DNA of 64,000 nt. It comes from Camelus ferus (taxonomy: Eukaryota). Shown in pieces: positions 25,831-38,519 of this stretch (position 1 is its first letter; each line of letters opens with the position of its first letter). Where the stretch lies: NCBI RefSeq assembly GCF_009834535.1, contig NC_045697.1, positions 118,174,001 to 118,238,000 of the forward strand. The letters are read 5' to 3'. The translations under genes were made by a program, and so were the position numbers. Below the pieces are notes generated by a model that was given only the letters and a program-made list of their open reading frames with translations, did no database searches and was not told the DNA's origin.

Positions 25831-26639
25831 TAACGCATTTATAAAAAGTGAAGGAGTGGTGGGCAATGACTTGTCTCCATTAACAAAAGAAGAATTTCAA
25901 AAATGTAAAAGATGCCAGTTTTATGTTAGTATCATATGATGCTTAAAATGGAGAAAAACACAATGTCAATTACTGTTTGATATTGAATCCCTGTTACTAA
26001 TCAAAGCCTTGAAAGGTTGGTGTGTTGAGTTAGGGATTCAACATTGAATATTACATTTTTATTTGCAGTTATAATAACAATGTTGATTTCCTGCGAGCAC
26101 AGATCACGACACAAACATTATTCTTGCTGAATCAGGAAAGCGTTGGAATAGAAATGGTGGTGCGCAGATAACGTAATTTTGACCATACAAACTGCAAAAA
26201 TCTATCAGCCTAAATACAGGCTAGTTAACATTTACAAACATTTCTAAACATACACAGCTATAGCAAATACACTTCAAAAATTATATGATGAAGCTGCTAT
26301 TAATATAAAAGTGCCCATGTCATGGCAATAAATCTCTCTTTGCTACTTACTCAGTTGGATTTTATAAGTGGTTTTGCCTTATACTTACTGAAAACGAAGC
26401 TTTCAAAAAGAACGATACGAAAATGTATTCCTACAGAAAACAAGAAAAGAGATGAACCAATTAATCCATGAGAAGTTGAACAGTTGACAAGTGTAATTTT
26501 GAAAGTCAAAATTTATTAGCTAAACTGTTGGGAAAAAAACCCTAAGTATATACATTTCAGAAAGAATGTAAAATGTAAAAATATGTGTAAGAAGAAATAG
26601 ACAACCAATAGCCATTTATGTAATTAAAATAGGAAAAGA

Positions 26640-27160
26640 AGGTTGGAATATGTAATTATTAAGTTTGAGTTAATAAATACAAAAAATTTTAAGTACAAAA
26701 AATATACCTAATAATGAAGATCTTTGCCTCATTCCTATTCTGAAATGCAATGAGTCTAAATTAAATATGCCGTTTCCTGCAGATTTTTGATATAAAGTCT
26801 GTTTCTGATAAATACAGTGATAGAGGTCCTGGCAAACATAGTAAGAAAATGGAAATGAGGAATAAGAACTAAAAAGAAATGTATTTATTTGTAAACAACG
26901 TGTCATCCATAGAGTCGATAAACAAGCTAGTAAAACAATAAGACTTTGCTAAAGTTTCTAAATTCTTGAATAACTTACACAAGGTGGCAACTTCCCTCTG
27001 ACAAGCAATCATCGTGGACAAAAAAAATAGAAGTAAGATCCCATTTCCATGACAATAAGAATTATATAGCACATAATAAAGGAAATGTTGATGGAGAAAA
27101 ATATTAAACTCTGTTAAAGAATAAAAAAGTCGATTCAGAATAAATAAAAAGAAAATAAGC
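26640..27160 (+). mobile_element. Highly degraded L1 ORF2 fragment (L1ME-like)
   Basis: GAGGTCCTGGCAAACATAGTAAGA...GATCCCATTTCCATGACAA...TGGAGAAAAATATTAAACTCTGTTAAAGAATAAAA. Confidence 0.5.
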
Positions 27161-30100
27161 AGTGATTTCCTTAAAAAGGTAAGTGTCTTCTTACTGTTTA
27201 CCTAACCATTTCTTGTTATTTTTTATTCAAACTAAAGATTTGTCCTTAAAATTCCATTCCTTCTTCCATCAGACTTTAACTGATAGGCATAAATCTGTTT
27301 CAGCGATGGAATTGGACAAAGATGATTTGGTGCAGAGGTTTTGAGATGATGTAGGTATAATTTGCTTTTTTCATTCAACTATGTCTGTAGTTATTTGCAG
27401 CCACACAGGTTAACATTCACAACAAGAAAGAAGAAATTAACCCTGACATTTTAAAATACCCCTGAAGTGGAATTTATTACTTCTGGGGAACTGTGGGTTA
27501 ATCAGGAAGGGTAACAGATCAGTACTTTTCCGCCCACGTGTCACTGTCATGCTTGGTCCGTTAGTCGTAGTCCCACCGTGCTGACTCACAGTTAGGCTGC
27601 AGTCAAGTAGGATCATTTCTAAATTGGTCCCAAAATTCTTGCAGAAAAACAAACTTGTCCTACCTGGTATTACAGTCTATATTTTTTCCATGTGATTAAC
27701 CTTGAATCTATTTCTCCTGAACTTGATCCTGTTTATACCTGCTCCTGTCTCTAACATGTATTCATGGAGAAATGTTCGGCCAAGCACTTACGACTCGTAT
27801 GGTCTACCCCCAGAAGTCTGAGGTCAAATAGCTGTTTAAAGATACCCCGATAATTTACCAGACATACTCAGACAATGAGTATTGTGCAACTGATTAACGT
27901 AAATGATATTTCTGTCAAATGGAACAATCCCAAGATTTTTATCACGAAGCAGTCTGAGTATGAAATTATATAATAGAGGTTTAAATATGATGAATGCTTC
28001 CTTGTAAACATGGTTTCTAAACTACTTACTTTTCAATTACAGGTCAGGGATGACAGTGAAGTGTATGGTGTTCTTTTGAACGGTGAATACTAAATACATA
28101 TGGAATTTGGGCAGTGTTCTGAACAAATACATCAAGGAAGCAAGAAACCAGAAGTATTAAAAATAAACACGAGAAAATAAGAAGAGAATCAGTCATTCTC
28201 TGTTACGTGTTAGTTCCCCGAGTATCTAATGCATCCTATGAAACACAGAAGATGGAGGTCACGTGATCTCATCCAGCATCAAGCTGGTCCTGTTATTCAG
28301 TCTGCGATAAATAGCCTCAATTGCCTCTTTTTTTCCGCTCCTGAAGTTGGTCCCCATAAAACTTTCACTTGAAATTCTCATCTGTAAATGCACACTTTTT
28401 TTTCTAGGGCAGCTACAGAAAGAGGATCTTCAAGGATGTCACTGTTCTGATGCCCACGTGGTTTATCACGGGGCAGCCTGCTACAGGAGTCTGTGGGGGT
28501 GGGGCCAGGGACAGCTGGAGAGGGTAACGGCTGTGCGGGAGGCCCTGGACCAAAGGCCAGCCTCATCCTCCTTCCCACCCACATCTCTTCTACCAGCATC
28601 TTATTAGTGAACCACGCGCGAACATAACACGCATGGATTTAATTTAACTTGCTTTGCGTCTCGAACCAGAAGTACTTCACAGAGTGAAATTAGACACTCC
28701 TGGGGCTATTTTAAAATATGAGGCAAGTAGATTTGTTATTAGATCAACTGGCTCTTAGAAGTAAATAAATCAATTAGATTTGAACGTAGGACACTTTCAT
28801 CTTTCTGCACACTTCCAGGCTTAGAATGTCAAGCACGGATGTGAATACCAAGGGAAATGCTGCTGTCTGTTCTTTCGAGAGAAGCACAACCTGGTTTTCC
28901 CATTCCTCCTGTGAGCCACTTTGAGCATCCTTTCCAGGGAATGTGCCAACTTGGTGACTGCTGTGAGCCAGGGATTGCTGATTTCAAAGCCAGCTTGCAT
29001 CACTGTGAATATTTCATTTCTGTTTTTTACATGCGAATGATGAAAGCTGACTTGTTCTCTTACGATCTAGAAAAGACTTAGTTTGGGGTCAAGAATCATT
29101 GACAACTTAACCAAAATTTTTTTTAATATTGTGTTTTCACTCACTCGCTCACTTGGAGAGTTGAGTTCATTACTATTGGTCATTACACGTAACTAGCTCT
29201 AGTCCACTGGCTGCTCTGGAGACCAGAAGCTGTGTTATAAGGAGCAAGGGACAAGGGCTGTTTGGGGGCTGGAGTTCAGGACAGCCTGCTGCCTCAGCAA
29301 AGAGTTCAAACCAGAAAACCAAGGTAAAAATGCAGAATTTCCAAGAATTGGGCAGTTATTATGAAGAAACAAAGACCTTTAAGGAAAAGTTCTTACATAT
29401 GTATATGAGCAACATAAATTTGGACCAATTAAAACTTGTCCCGGGATGGGGAGTGAGCCTATTGGTACCTCAGTGCCTGGCAATCCTGATGCCAACCCTG
29501 GACTTAGCCAGTCCTGTCCAACCACGGGCCATCATGGAAGCCCTGAGACCCTGGATCACCTAGAGTTTCTAATTGATAGTTTGGAGATCAAATCTACAAT
29601 TCCCTTTACTAAAGGAGTCATTTTATTGTAAATAAGCGAAAGACCACTAAGGCTTGAGGAATGCAACTTTAAAATGGTAGGATAAACGAACTATCTAGAT
29701 AATTTAAACCACCTCCTCTTCTTCCTGTCATAAAATCTCTGATGATGGAAGAAGTACACTCATTTGGTTTGAGTTCTACCAGTCAACCAAAATAGGCAGT
29801 AACTGTACAACTTTTGATGACTATTTTGTTCATTGTGTGTAGACTTTATGCTCACTTTTTAACACAGCAGCTGTCCCCTCACCAAAGTTCTGCTCTCAGC
29901 TTTTCTACTCTTCCTTGTGCTGTCTTCACTGAAGACAGTTCTTTCCCACCAAGCAAACAGCATCTGAATTTTTCTAACTGCGACCTCTCTTTCAAGATCC
30001 AATTACTCCTGTCCAGCCAGCTTCTATCACCTCCTACCTCGAGCTGCCTCACGACAGCAACTTATAATTCATCTAGTTTTTGACAAGCTTATTATGTAAA

Positions 30101-30631
30101 GAAGATACATCTGCATGTTTTTTCCTAGTTAGACGGCTTTCTAAAGCAGTGCTCAAACGTGCCTTCCGAGGAAAATGTGTCCTTTCCTGGGCTCTCCTCT
30201 ACAAGATCACAATAAGGATACGTGGAGCAGCCTGTCAGTTCTGCAATGTGATTTCAGCTGTCCCTGTAATGGTTCTGTGGTTTGATTGGTTTCTTTTTTT
30301 TTAAATGGTAGCTATTATTTAACTGAATAATGCAGTTGCTTTGGCAACATATAAATAATGGTTAAATGTGCAAAAACATGAAGGAAGGAAGAAAGAAGGG
30401 AGGAAGGAAGGAAGAAATGCCTGACATTTTGTCTTATCCATTACTTTCAAACTGGCTGGCAGTAGGGAGGAGTCCCAGTGGTAGAAACAGCAAACTGAAG
30501 TTGAAAGGAAAGGGGAAAGATCTCTTATTTTTGTTGTTCCTTAGAGTTTTTAGAATTAAAGATACATAGCAAGTATTTTTAAAATGATGATAGATACATA
30601 GATTTGGTCTTTGGTCTACAGGTCATGAGTC

Positions 30632-30815
30632 ACTAGTGACTCATCTCTGCCTTTGTACTATTGCCATTTTGGTCCAAGTCAATTCTTCTTGTGTTGTGTT
30701 TAGACACAATGTTGGCTTCCCCCACCAGATAACCATACCCCCAAACTGTGACAACCAGCAGTATTCCCAGTCTTTGCCAAATGTCCCCTGATGGCCACAG
30801 TTGTCCCCAGTTGTA
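30632..30815 (+). mobile_element. MER20-like hAT-Charlie MITE
   Basis: TACTATTGCCATTTTGG...TGTGACAACCAGCAGTATTCCCAGTCTTTGCCAAATGTCCCCTG...TGTCCCCAGTTG. Confidence 0.7.
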
Positions 30816-31384
30816 TGAAGGCAGATGATGGAGAAGGTGGTCACTTTAGTTCTGTGCTCAAGCGAGTGATTTGCCATCCTCATTGGGATCCACCTAAGGT
30901 CTTAACAAAAAGTGATGCTTGGGGTCAACCTCCATACATTTTCATGGAATTGCTCTGCTTTGGAGCCTTGGGTGTAGAGATCAGGTATCTTAAAGTTCTA
31001 AGCGAGTGTGACATGTGGCGAGGGTTGAAAACCTTTGCCAGGAAGTTTGGCAAGCTCTAACATGAGACCTCACCAGGCTAGTGAAGACACTATGTCTATA
31101 CCTGAGATCATTGACAATTGGGAGCATTATATTCAGCAGCACACTGTTTCACACTCATCCATTTATGCATCGAATTTCTTATGTCAGCACAAAATAAATC
31201 ATGAAATCTGTAAAAGTCTCCAACACAGAAGACATTCAGTATATTTTGCACAGAAGGACATCTTGAATTAAATTTACTGATGCATTAAGTGTCAAGTAAA
31301 ATTGTCTGCATGAAACAAAAAATGACTCTTTCCCGATCTGTAGTAGAAATAAACATTTCTTACAAGGAAACCTAAGATAAGAAG

Positions 31385-31565
31385 ATCATAGGTTCCTCAG
31401 ACTTTCCATGTTTTTAATGATCTTGACAATTTGCAGAGTGCTGGTCATGGGTTTTGCAGAATGTCCTTCCTCAGTTTGGGTTTGTCTGAAAATTAGATGG
31501 ACCTCAGGGTTTTCAGGGAGAACCACCAAGATGAAAGGACCCCTTACCACATCCCACCACAGAGA
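31385..31565 (-). mobile_element. L1MC-type 3' fragment
   Basis: TGATCTTGACAATTTGCAGAGTGCTGGTCATGGGTTTTGCAGAATGTCCTTCCTCAGTTTGGGTTTGTCTGA; homologous to the reverse of 4650-4730. Confidence 0.6.
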
Positions 31566-31894
31566 ACATGCCTTCAAATGCTTCAGCAATTAAAGCAGAG
31601 TGAAAATAAATGGTGTGGCCTCACTGAAAATGTTTCCTGTCTGGCTTAATAAAATATATTAGTATTAAATATTTTAAGAACAGACTTGCAGAGCATAATA
31701 CAGAACACCAATTTTAATCCTGATACAAAATCCTGGTTTGTAACAAAGCTTTGTCTAATAAAATTCTTCTTCGGAACTTTTTTGTTAACATAAGAAAAAA
31801 GATCAAAATTAAATTATATGCATTTGTCTAGAATAATATATGACCAAAATGGCTTAAAGAGATCATTGTAATAAATGGATTAAACATTTCTCAA

Positions 31895-32033
31895 GGGAAG
31901 ATATAGTTCAAATGGTAGAGCAAATGCTTAGCGTGCATGAGGTCTTGGGTTCAATCCCTGGTACCTCCTCTAAAAATAAATAAATAAATAGGCCTAATTA
32001 CCTCCCCCAACCAAAAAAAAAAATTAAAAAAAA
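31895..32033 (+). mobile_element. tRNA-derived camelid SINE (Vic-1-like)
   Basis: GGGAAGATATAGTTCAAATGGTAGAGC...GGTTCAATCCCTGGTACCTCC...(TAAA)n...polyA; perfect 15-bp TSD GATTAAACATTTCTC at 31878-31892 and 32034-32048. Confidence 0.92.
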
Positions 32034-33679
32034 GATTAAACATTTCTCTTGTAATCTTTATTTCTGTTAATCTGCTTAGTAAAGGAGCTTTGCAGAAATA
32101 TTAAAATGCTAAGTAATTAGCCTTGGGATGCTCAAATTAAGTATTTAAATTATCTACTATATCCTCCCTCTCAATCCTCATCTTCATCATTACATAACTG
32201 TAATTCTCCTTGTTCATAAGGTAAGAATTATCAAATGATAACTAGAGATTCAGGTAGACAGTGCCTTGATTAATTCCTTTTTGTCTGCACTTTTCCCTAG
32301 AGATATATAAGCGCATGATGTAATTACTCCAGGCTCAGTATTTTTGTAGAAAATCAATGAAGGACCATGATTTTTCTGGGCCTCTCTGAAACAGGTAATT
32401 TGATGACTGCAGTTGGATGTCAGCTGAAATGTCTCAAGGACCCTGGAAGATGAATGGACTGGGACAGGCTGTGATCCTGAGGGACAGGATAGTTAATTCT
32501 CATCCCCGGTTGGGGGAACCAGAGCCTAAATAGCTCTTGTTTCTACACGAGCATTGTTGTTTATCTAAACTGTTCTGAATACCCTTCTTCAGGTCTTTAC
32601 CACGTTGTGTGTAATGTGCATTTGACTATGTGTTCATTATTAATCATATTCAAGACATTATTCAACCCTACTAAGTTGATGCTTTTTTACATTTAAAAAA
32701 TACAGTCAATTAACTTAGATTGAGTGCTCAAAATACATAACAGTCTTTTGTTGAGATCACTGCATAAAAGCAAAAATGTTTATACCAATATCAAAATGCA
32801 GTATAATCCATATTTAAAGAAAGAAAAAGTAAGTGTCTTAGAAGTTGAGTCATAAGCATGTTTTCATGATCTGAAAACACTGTCTTCCTTTACGATTAAT
32901 CCTTAATAATTAAAAAAATAAAATTGAACAAAAACAGAAGAAAATCATACGGCTTACTGAAAAGTTCGTTACTGGGTTTTTATTTTGTACTTGACCAAAT
33001 ACCTCTACATTTTGAAATATGACACATTTTCATCCTCCACTACTGTAAACTTCTTTAAGAATAACATTGCTCTTCTTCCTCTTTATTACATATTAATTTC
33101 TCTAAATATCATTATATTTTCTAAATATCACTATAATAAGATGTGAGGCAAATTATTTTTGGTAGCCGTTTTTATTCTTCCAAAAACACAAGTTCATATT
33201 AGAGACAGTCTATCTGTACATTGAAAGCCTGCTGCGTTTTTTTTTGCATTTACAGAATAATAAAGCGTTTGTATATCCACTCTCTCTTGGCTTTATGAAA
33301 CATGTAGTTAATGCATAAATATGGATATAAATAGAATGCACAATGCTCTTAGGAATTAAATAAGCTTTTAAAAAAGCATGATGAGTTATTGTAAAAAGAA
33401 TAGGAGTAGTCACATGACATGAAGTCCTATTAATCATGAATTGGCTCTCCTTGAAAGCTACTTCTTGACCTTGATCTTGTACTGTTTTTGCATAAGTCTA
33501 TTCCAGGTTTCTTATAAGAATGTGCAGTTTTCTGCACTTTATGCAAATTCTGATTTTCTCCTTAACACATGAGAATTGAAGAAAATGAAACAGTTTTGAT
33601 ATCTGGACTTTAAAAACAGAATTATCTTTATAGGGATGGAGTGTATGCCTCCCTCCTCTACAGGCAGAGTTCCAGAAAG

Positions 33680-34145
33680 TTGCCGGGTCAGCTGGGAGGC
33701 GACTGTCTGCTGGTACGCCTCAGGCCTCCTCCACTGAGTTTCTCATTTTCCAACAGACTAGCTTGAGTCTATTCACATGGTGTCTGGCTTCCAAGAGCGA
33801 CAAAGTGGGGAGGTATAATGTAGAATCACCTTTCAAGTCTTTGCATCATAATTTTTCCTGTCCTATTGGCTAAAGCAAATTGTGTGGCCAAGCCCAGATT
33901 CAAGGGGTAAAGAAATAAATTTTACTTCTTTTTTTCTATATTGAAGTACAGTCAGTTACAATGTATCAGTTTCTGGTGCACAGCACAATGTCCCAGTCAT
34001 GCATATACATACATATATTCGTTTTCATATTTTTTCCCATTAAGACATAAATTTTATCTCTTGATGAGAAAAGGCAAAGTAGCATGTTGATGGGGCCCAC
34101 ACATAAGGATTGGATGATTGGTGGTCATTTTGGCAAACCACCGCG
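33680..34145 (-). mobile_element. MaLR LTR (MLT1I/J-like) interrupted by a short L1 3' end (~33925-34041)
   Basis: CCTATTGGCTAAAGCAAATTGTGTGGCCAAGCCCAGATTCAAGGGG; L1 insert flanked by AAGA(A/C)ATAAATTTTA at 33910-33924 and 34042-34056. Confidence 0.7.
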
Positions 34146-35724
34146 TATCCCAGCCTTATGCTCCGTAGGTCTTAATGCAACCTGTAATCTCGGTGCATCT
34201 CATTAAAGCATAAGGATGTGACAATTGCCTTCACTGCAAACTTTAACCTGGGCTCTGGGTCAAACGTCAGGTGTGCCTGAGGAGCCTTGTAACGTTTTTT
34301 CCTTGAAGAACATTGTGGATGCTGCTGAGTAGAGGGGTTTAGCTGCTAATGCTTGGGTTTCCAATTTAAATACATATGTAGCCAAAATACTAATTAGTAA
34401 ACTGTTTCTCCCTTTATACATAATATAAAACTTAATGTAATTTATTTCTCCCACTGGATTCTAACTTTCTTCAAAGTGGTAGCAACATATTTTGAGGCTT
34501 AAGCTTTGATCAAGACAACACCCTTGCCTAGCACAACTAGACTAAAATATCCCACCCATATTTTCCAAAATTAGAAGGACTTCAGAGTTTCCATAACTGC
34601 AGATGCCAAAGGCTAGCCATGAAGACCACAGGAATTTGAGTGGTCACGACAACATGCTTAATCCAGACTTTTGTATTTAGTAGCTCAAAATTGCATTTTG
34701 TAAGATGTTTTATAAATGCGTTTTCCCATAAGAAGCAAAGATCAAGTAGGTCTTCCTCCTAAACAAATCCATGACGCCCACAGCATAACTAGGTTTTAAG
34801 AAAGGAAGCTCTCTTCTTAAAACTGTCAAACTTGCCAAAATTGGGTGACTTCTTTTCTTTTAGTCCTTCTTTGAAAAATACATTATGGAAGACTTGGGTC
34901 TCGAGAGAACAGGTCAACATGCTTAAGCTAGTATAAAGTATTTTAGGCAATGTAGCACGCACGCGGTGTGGTGGTAAAAATACCGAAGCTCCTTGCGTGG
35001 CTTTCTTTCCACAAATAGGCTCCTGAAATGGTTGTGGACAGGGCAGAGCGAGGATAAAGCAGTCCGGAAGTTGTAAACATGGGCTTAAAGAGGTTCTGCT
35101 CTAAGCTCAGTCTCTGTGGCTCCTGGGAGCCCATAAACGTTTTACTTGATGGGTAAACAGAGGGTTAGACCTCTGGCAGTTACTCTAAGGAGGATGTAAC
35201 TGCCGGAGTGTGATCCCTACCCTTTGAAGACAGCCGACCCCATCAATCAAATCCAACGATGGCACAAATGTAAAGGACACTGGTTGTACATCAGACACGG
35301 GAGGATAAATGTTGACCATCTGCAAAGAAGGATGGGGACAAAATTAAAATTTGGAGCTTCAGAGTTAGAGACATTGTATATCAATCTTAGTTGGGCACGC
35401 TGTCCTCTGCAGGAGAAGTGCACTCACTGCCATCCTAAATAATCCCACTAATTTACGGGTTTACTGACTTACTCCCTCCAGGAAAAGATTAAGTGAACCT
35501 TGTCCTTCTCCCACCTCATGTTATGTGTTTCATTAGCATCTTTTATAAAACATGTTGTAGGGTTTATACTTGTAATTTTGAATGTTAAAAAGATAAAAAA
35601 ATTTTTTTTTAATTATATGAAGGAAGGAGATTAAGAGTTAAAAAATTATTAAGAGCTTCTGAGATGTCAAGGAAAACAAACTGAACTATGTAAAATTAAT
35701 TTCTTCGTGTAAAGACCCACATAT

Positions 35725-36005
35725 TTTATTTTCTTTTTATTCTTTTTTATTGAGAGATAATTGACATGTAACATTATATGAGGTTCAGGTGCACAACATA
35801 ACGATTTGATGTTTGTGTCAGTTGCAAAATGATCTCCACAGTAGCAAACACACATCACCAGACACAGTTACCATTTTTATCTTGTGACGAGAGCTTTTAA
35901 GATCTACTGTCATAACAACTTTCAAATAGAAAATAGAAAATTATTAACTCTAGTCACCATGCTGTCCATCACATCTCCAGGACTTTTTTATTTTGTAACT
36001 GGAAG
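35725..36005 (-). mobile_element. L1 3'UTR (L1MA9-like)
   Basis: TTTATTGAGAGATAATTGACATGTAACATT...TTAAGATCTACT...TTAACTCTAGTCACCATGCTG...TAACTGGAAG. Confidence 0.8.
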
Positions 36006-38519
36006 GAACTGGATATTTTAAATAATCTACATTCACAGAGTTCTGTCATTTTTTTCCCAAACTTCAGCAATGTGTCACGTTAGCGAAGAAAAGGGTCTTA
36101 ATCGACAGACTTTTCCAGTGGTCTCCCACAAAGCACCCAAGCCGGACTTCAAACGTTGGTCAGATTGGTGCATTTGTTACTTTAGGGGGAGTTTGAGAAG
36201 GAAGGGAGGTGAGGATGGATAAGATTGAGGAAGGAGACATACAGAAGGCATAGGGTTTGAGGTCAAGACAGAGGGTAAGGCCGTAAAGACAGAAACGTTG
36301 TAATAGGACGTTGTAAAGAAACTGAGGACCTGAAAACGTCCCACTGTTGCTCTCCCGTGATCTCATCTCCCCCGTGGGTCCCTCTCCTCCCTTCCTGCTA
36401 AACCCAAATCACCAACAAATGGTCGTTAAGCTGTAAGAGAATTTTAAGAGACCATTTTTGAGTAAATATTCCCAAAGTGGCTGAAGTTCAGCTGACGCCG
36501 TCTGCTATTACTCTGTAAGATCCCTGCCCTCTCCCCCACCTCCCCGAGCTGGAACATCCCACCAGGTTGTCCTCCCGCCCAGCCTTCTAAACATGTCTGA
36601 CGTCTCAGTACCTGATTTCCCGCTGCAGTATCTAGGCTTCCAGGGCTGTTATGTTGATCATTATATAATTCTTACCATTAATGTTTCTCGCTCATATAAT
36701 AGTATTATCTTCAGCTGTTTTTCCAATGATAGGTCTTTGAATTCTGATTTTTTTTTTCGGATGACTTGTATCTGCCATGACTATCAATGTCTACATCCAA
36801 CTTTCTTTCCTCAAAAACACGCCGTCACGTGTTCCATGACAGACAATCCACTTACATCAGTGCTGATAAAATCAGCAGAGAATTTTTGGCTGAAGTCTAC
36901 ACAATCTTTTTTGAGTGGATGAATAATCTGATTCACTAGAGCACAAATGCACCAAGTTTTTCATCTGCAAGTAGCTATGTAGTATTTCATTGCGCCCTGT
37001 GGACATCGAAAAATCTGTGCACCCTGCAGAAATACCTACCATTGTCTGTGAGTTGTTGGTACCCTAGGTCCTTCTGCACAAGAGCAGATGGACTGTCCTA
37101 AATGTAAAGAAATTACTTCTGGATAGTGAGAATGTCACAGAGCCTCCATTACAGAAGAAAAGCTCGCTGTATGATCCATTCCTGTCCTGGTACTATTGAA
37201 CATCCTTCGTAAAAGCCACAGCCTGGGTTTTTACTGGCTAATATTTCCTTGCTCTCGTATGTGTGGCTTTTATATCTTTCTGTTGGAAACAGAAGATTTT
37301 CCTCTAGTGCATGTTCATTCTCTCTCGAAGGTTTACACATGGACATTGCACACTGTAAACCCTTAAGGATTCAGAGTGTATTCGAAGAATGAAGGCGGCT
37401 TCCCTCCTCCGCACCTCCCCCCACCCAGTGTCTCCCTGCTGCCCTCTCCTAAGGGAGCAAACAGAAAGTTTGTCCTTCATGTACAAATAATGACAGCATT
37501 TAAAACCTTAACTTAAAAGCTGTGTTTTCCTGTTCATGTCTTTATACAAGTCATCAATAAATCAAGCCATAATCCACTAAAAGCTTCCAAGCTATTAAGT
37601 GCTTTAGGTTTACTTTTCAGTGAGCTCATGTTTTATTCAGATTCTGGGAGAAAAGCTTCATGCTCGTTCCATCAATGGAGAAACCGTTCCTCTTTTCTCA
37701 CAAAATATTTCATTTAAACTCAAGTAGGAATGCTCAAAGTAATGCAGAAGATAAGCCAGCCAGAGGGCTGTGTTCATATGTTGTACCTGCCCCACGTAAC
37801 ACTGACAATGCTTGATTTCAACCGCGTTGCTCTCTTTTCATCTGAAAAAAAAAAAAAAAAAAAAAGAACTAAAATGACCTGAACTTTCCAAAGAAATAGG
37901 CATTCCTCCACAGTAGAACAAGTGGTAGGAAAAAAAGCAAATTGTTATAAAGGGAAAGTTAGATGTGTGACCCATAAAAACTAGGAGTACACGAATTTTA
38001 GGTGGCATACTGTCCAAACAAATGCATCACATGGTTTTATTTTCTGTTTATTTTCAAATATGTCCAAGCCACTTTGTCACCAGTATCACAATATCATGTA
38101 AAGGCTACTTCAAAAAGCAATTTTTCTTAGAACAGCCCTTGGGCATTAAAAACAATGTTCCGAGTGAGAAGTAGATTCTTTAAGATACTGCAGTATTAGC
38201 TTCAGTCTTCATGAAAACAGTTTTGTTTAGAGTCCTCTTAAGACTTTTCCGTTTTAAAATATGTTTATTGTTTCTCTGACATAAGATAAGAAGAAAAGAG
38301 TCCTGAAGATATTGGAAAGACAAAATAGGAGTGTATTTTAAATTGGTCGGTGCAGTTTCTTTATCGACCTTCTGTTTCTAGAATTAAAATGTTCGGCGTG
38401 GATTAATCAATGACATGTTTTGAATTTAAAAATAATCTATTTACTGTATCAGGGAAATAAATAAAAAGATGCATTTGTGGTGTTATTTTTCTCTGAAGAT
38501 AAATTAAGGTCAGTGAAAT

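Noticed and set aside
31895..31970. tRNA gene
   Set aside because: The tRNA-like head belongs to a SINE: it has an AT-rich tail, polyA, a TSD and dispersed sister copies
32745..32835. Exon-like segment ending AAA|GTAAGT (SLHKSKNVYTNIKMQYNPYLKKEK)
   Set aside because: Weak GAG acceptor and unrecognised peptide
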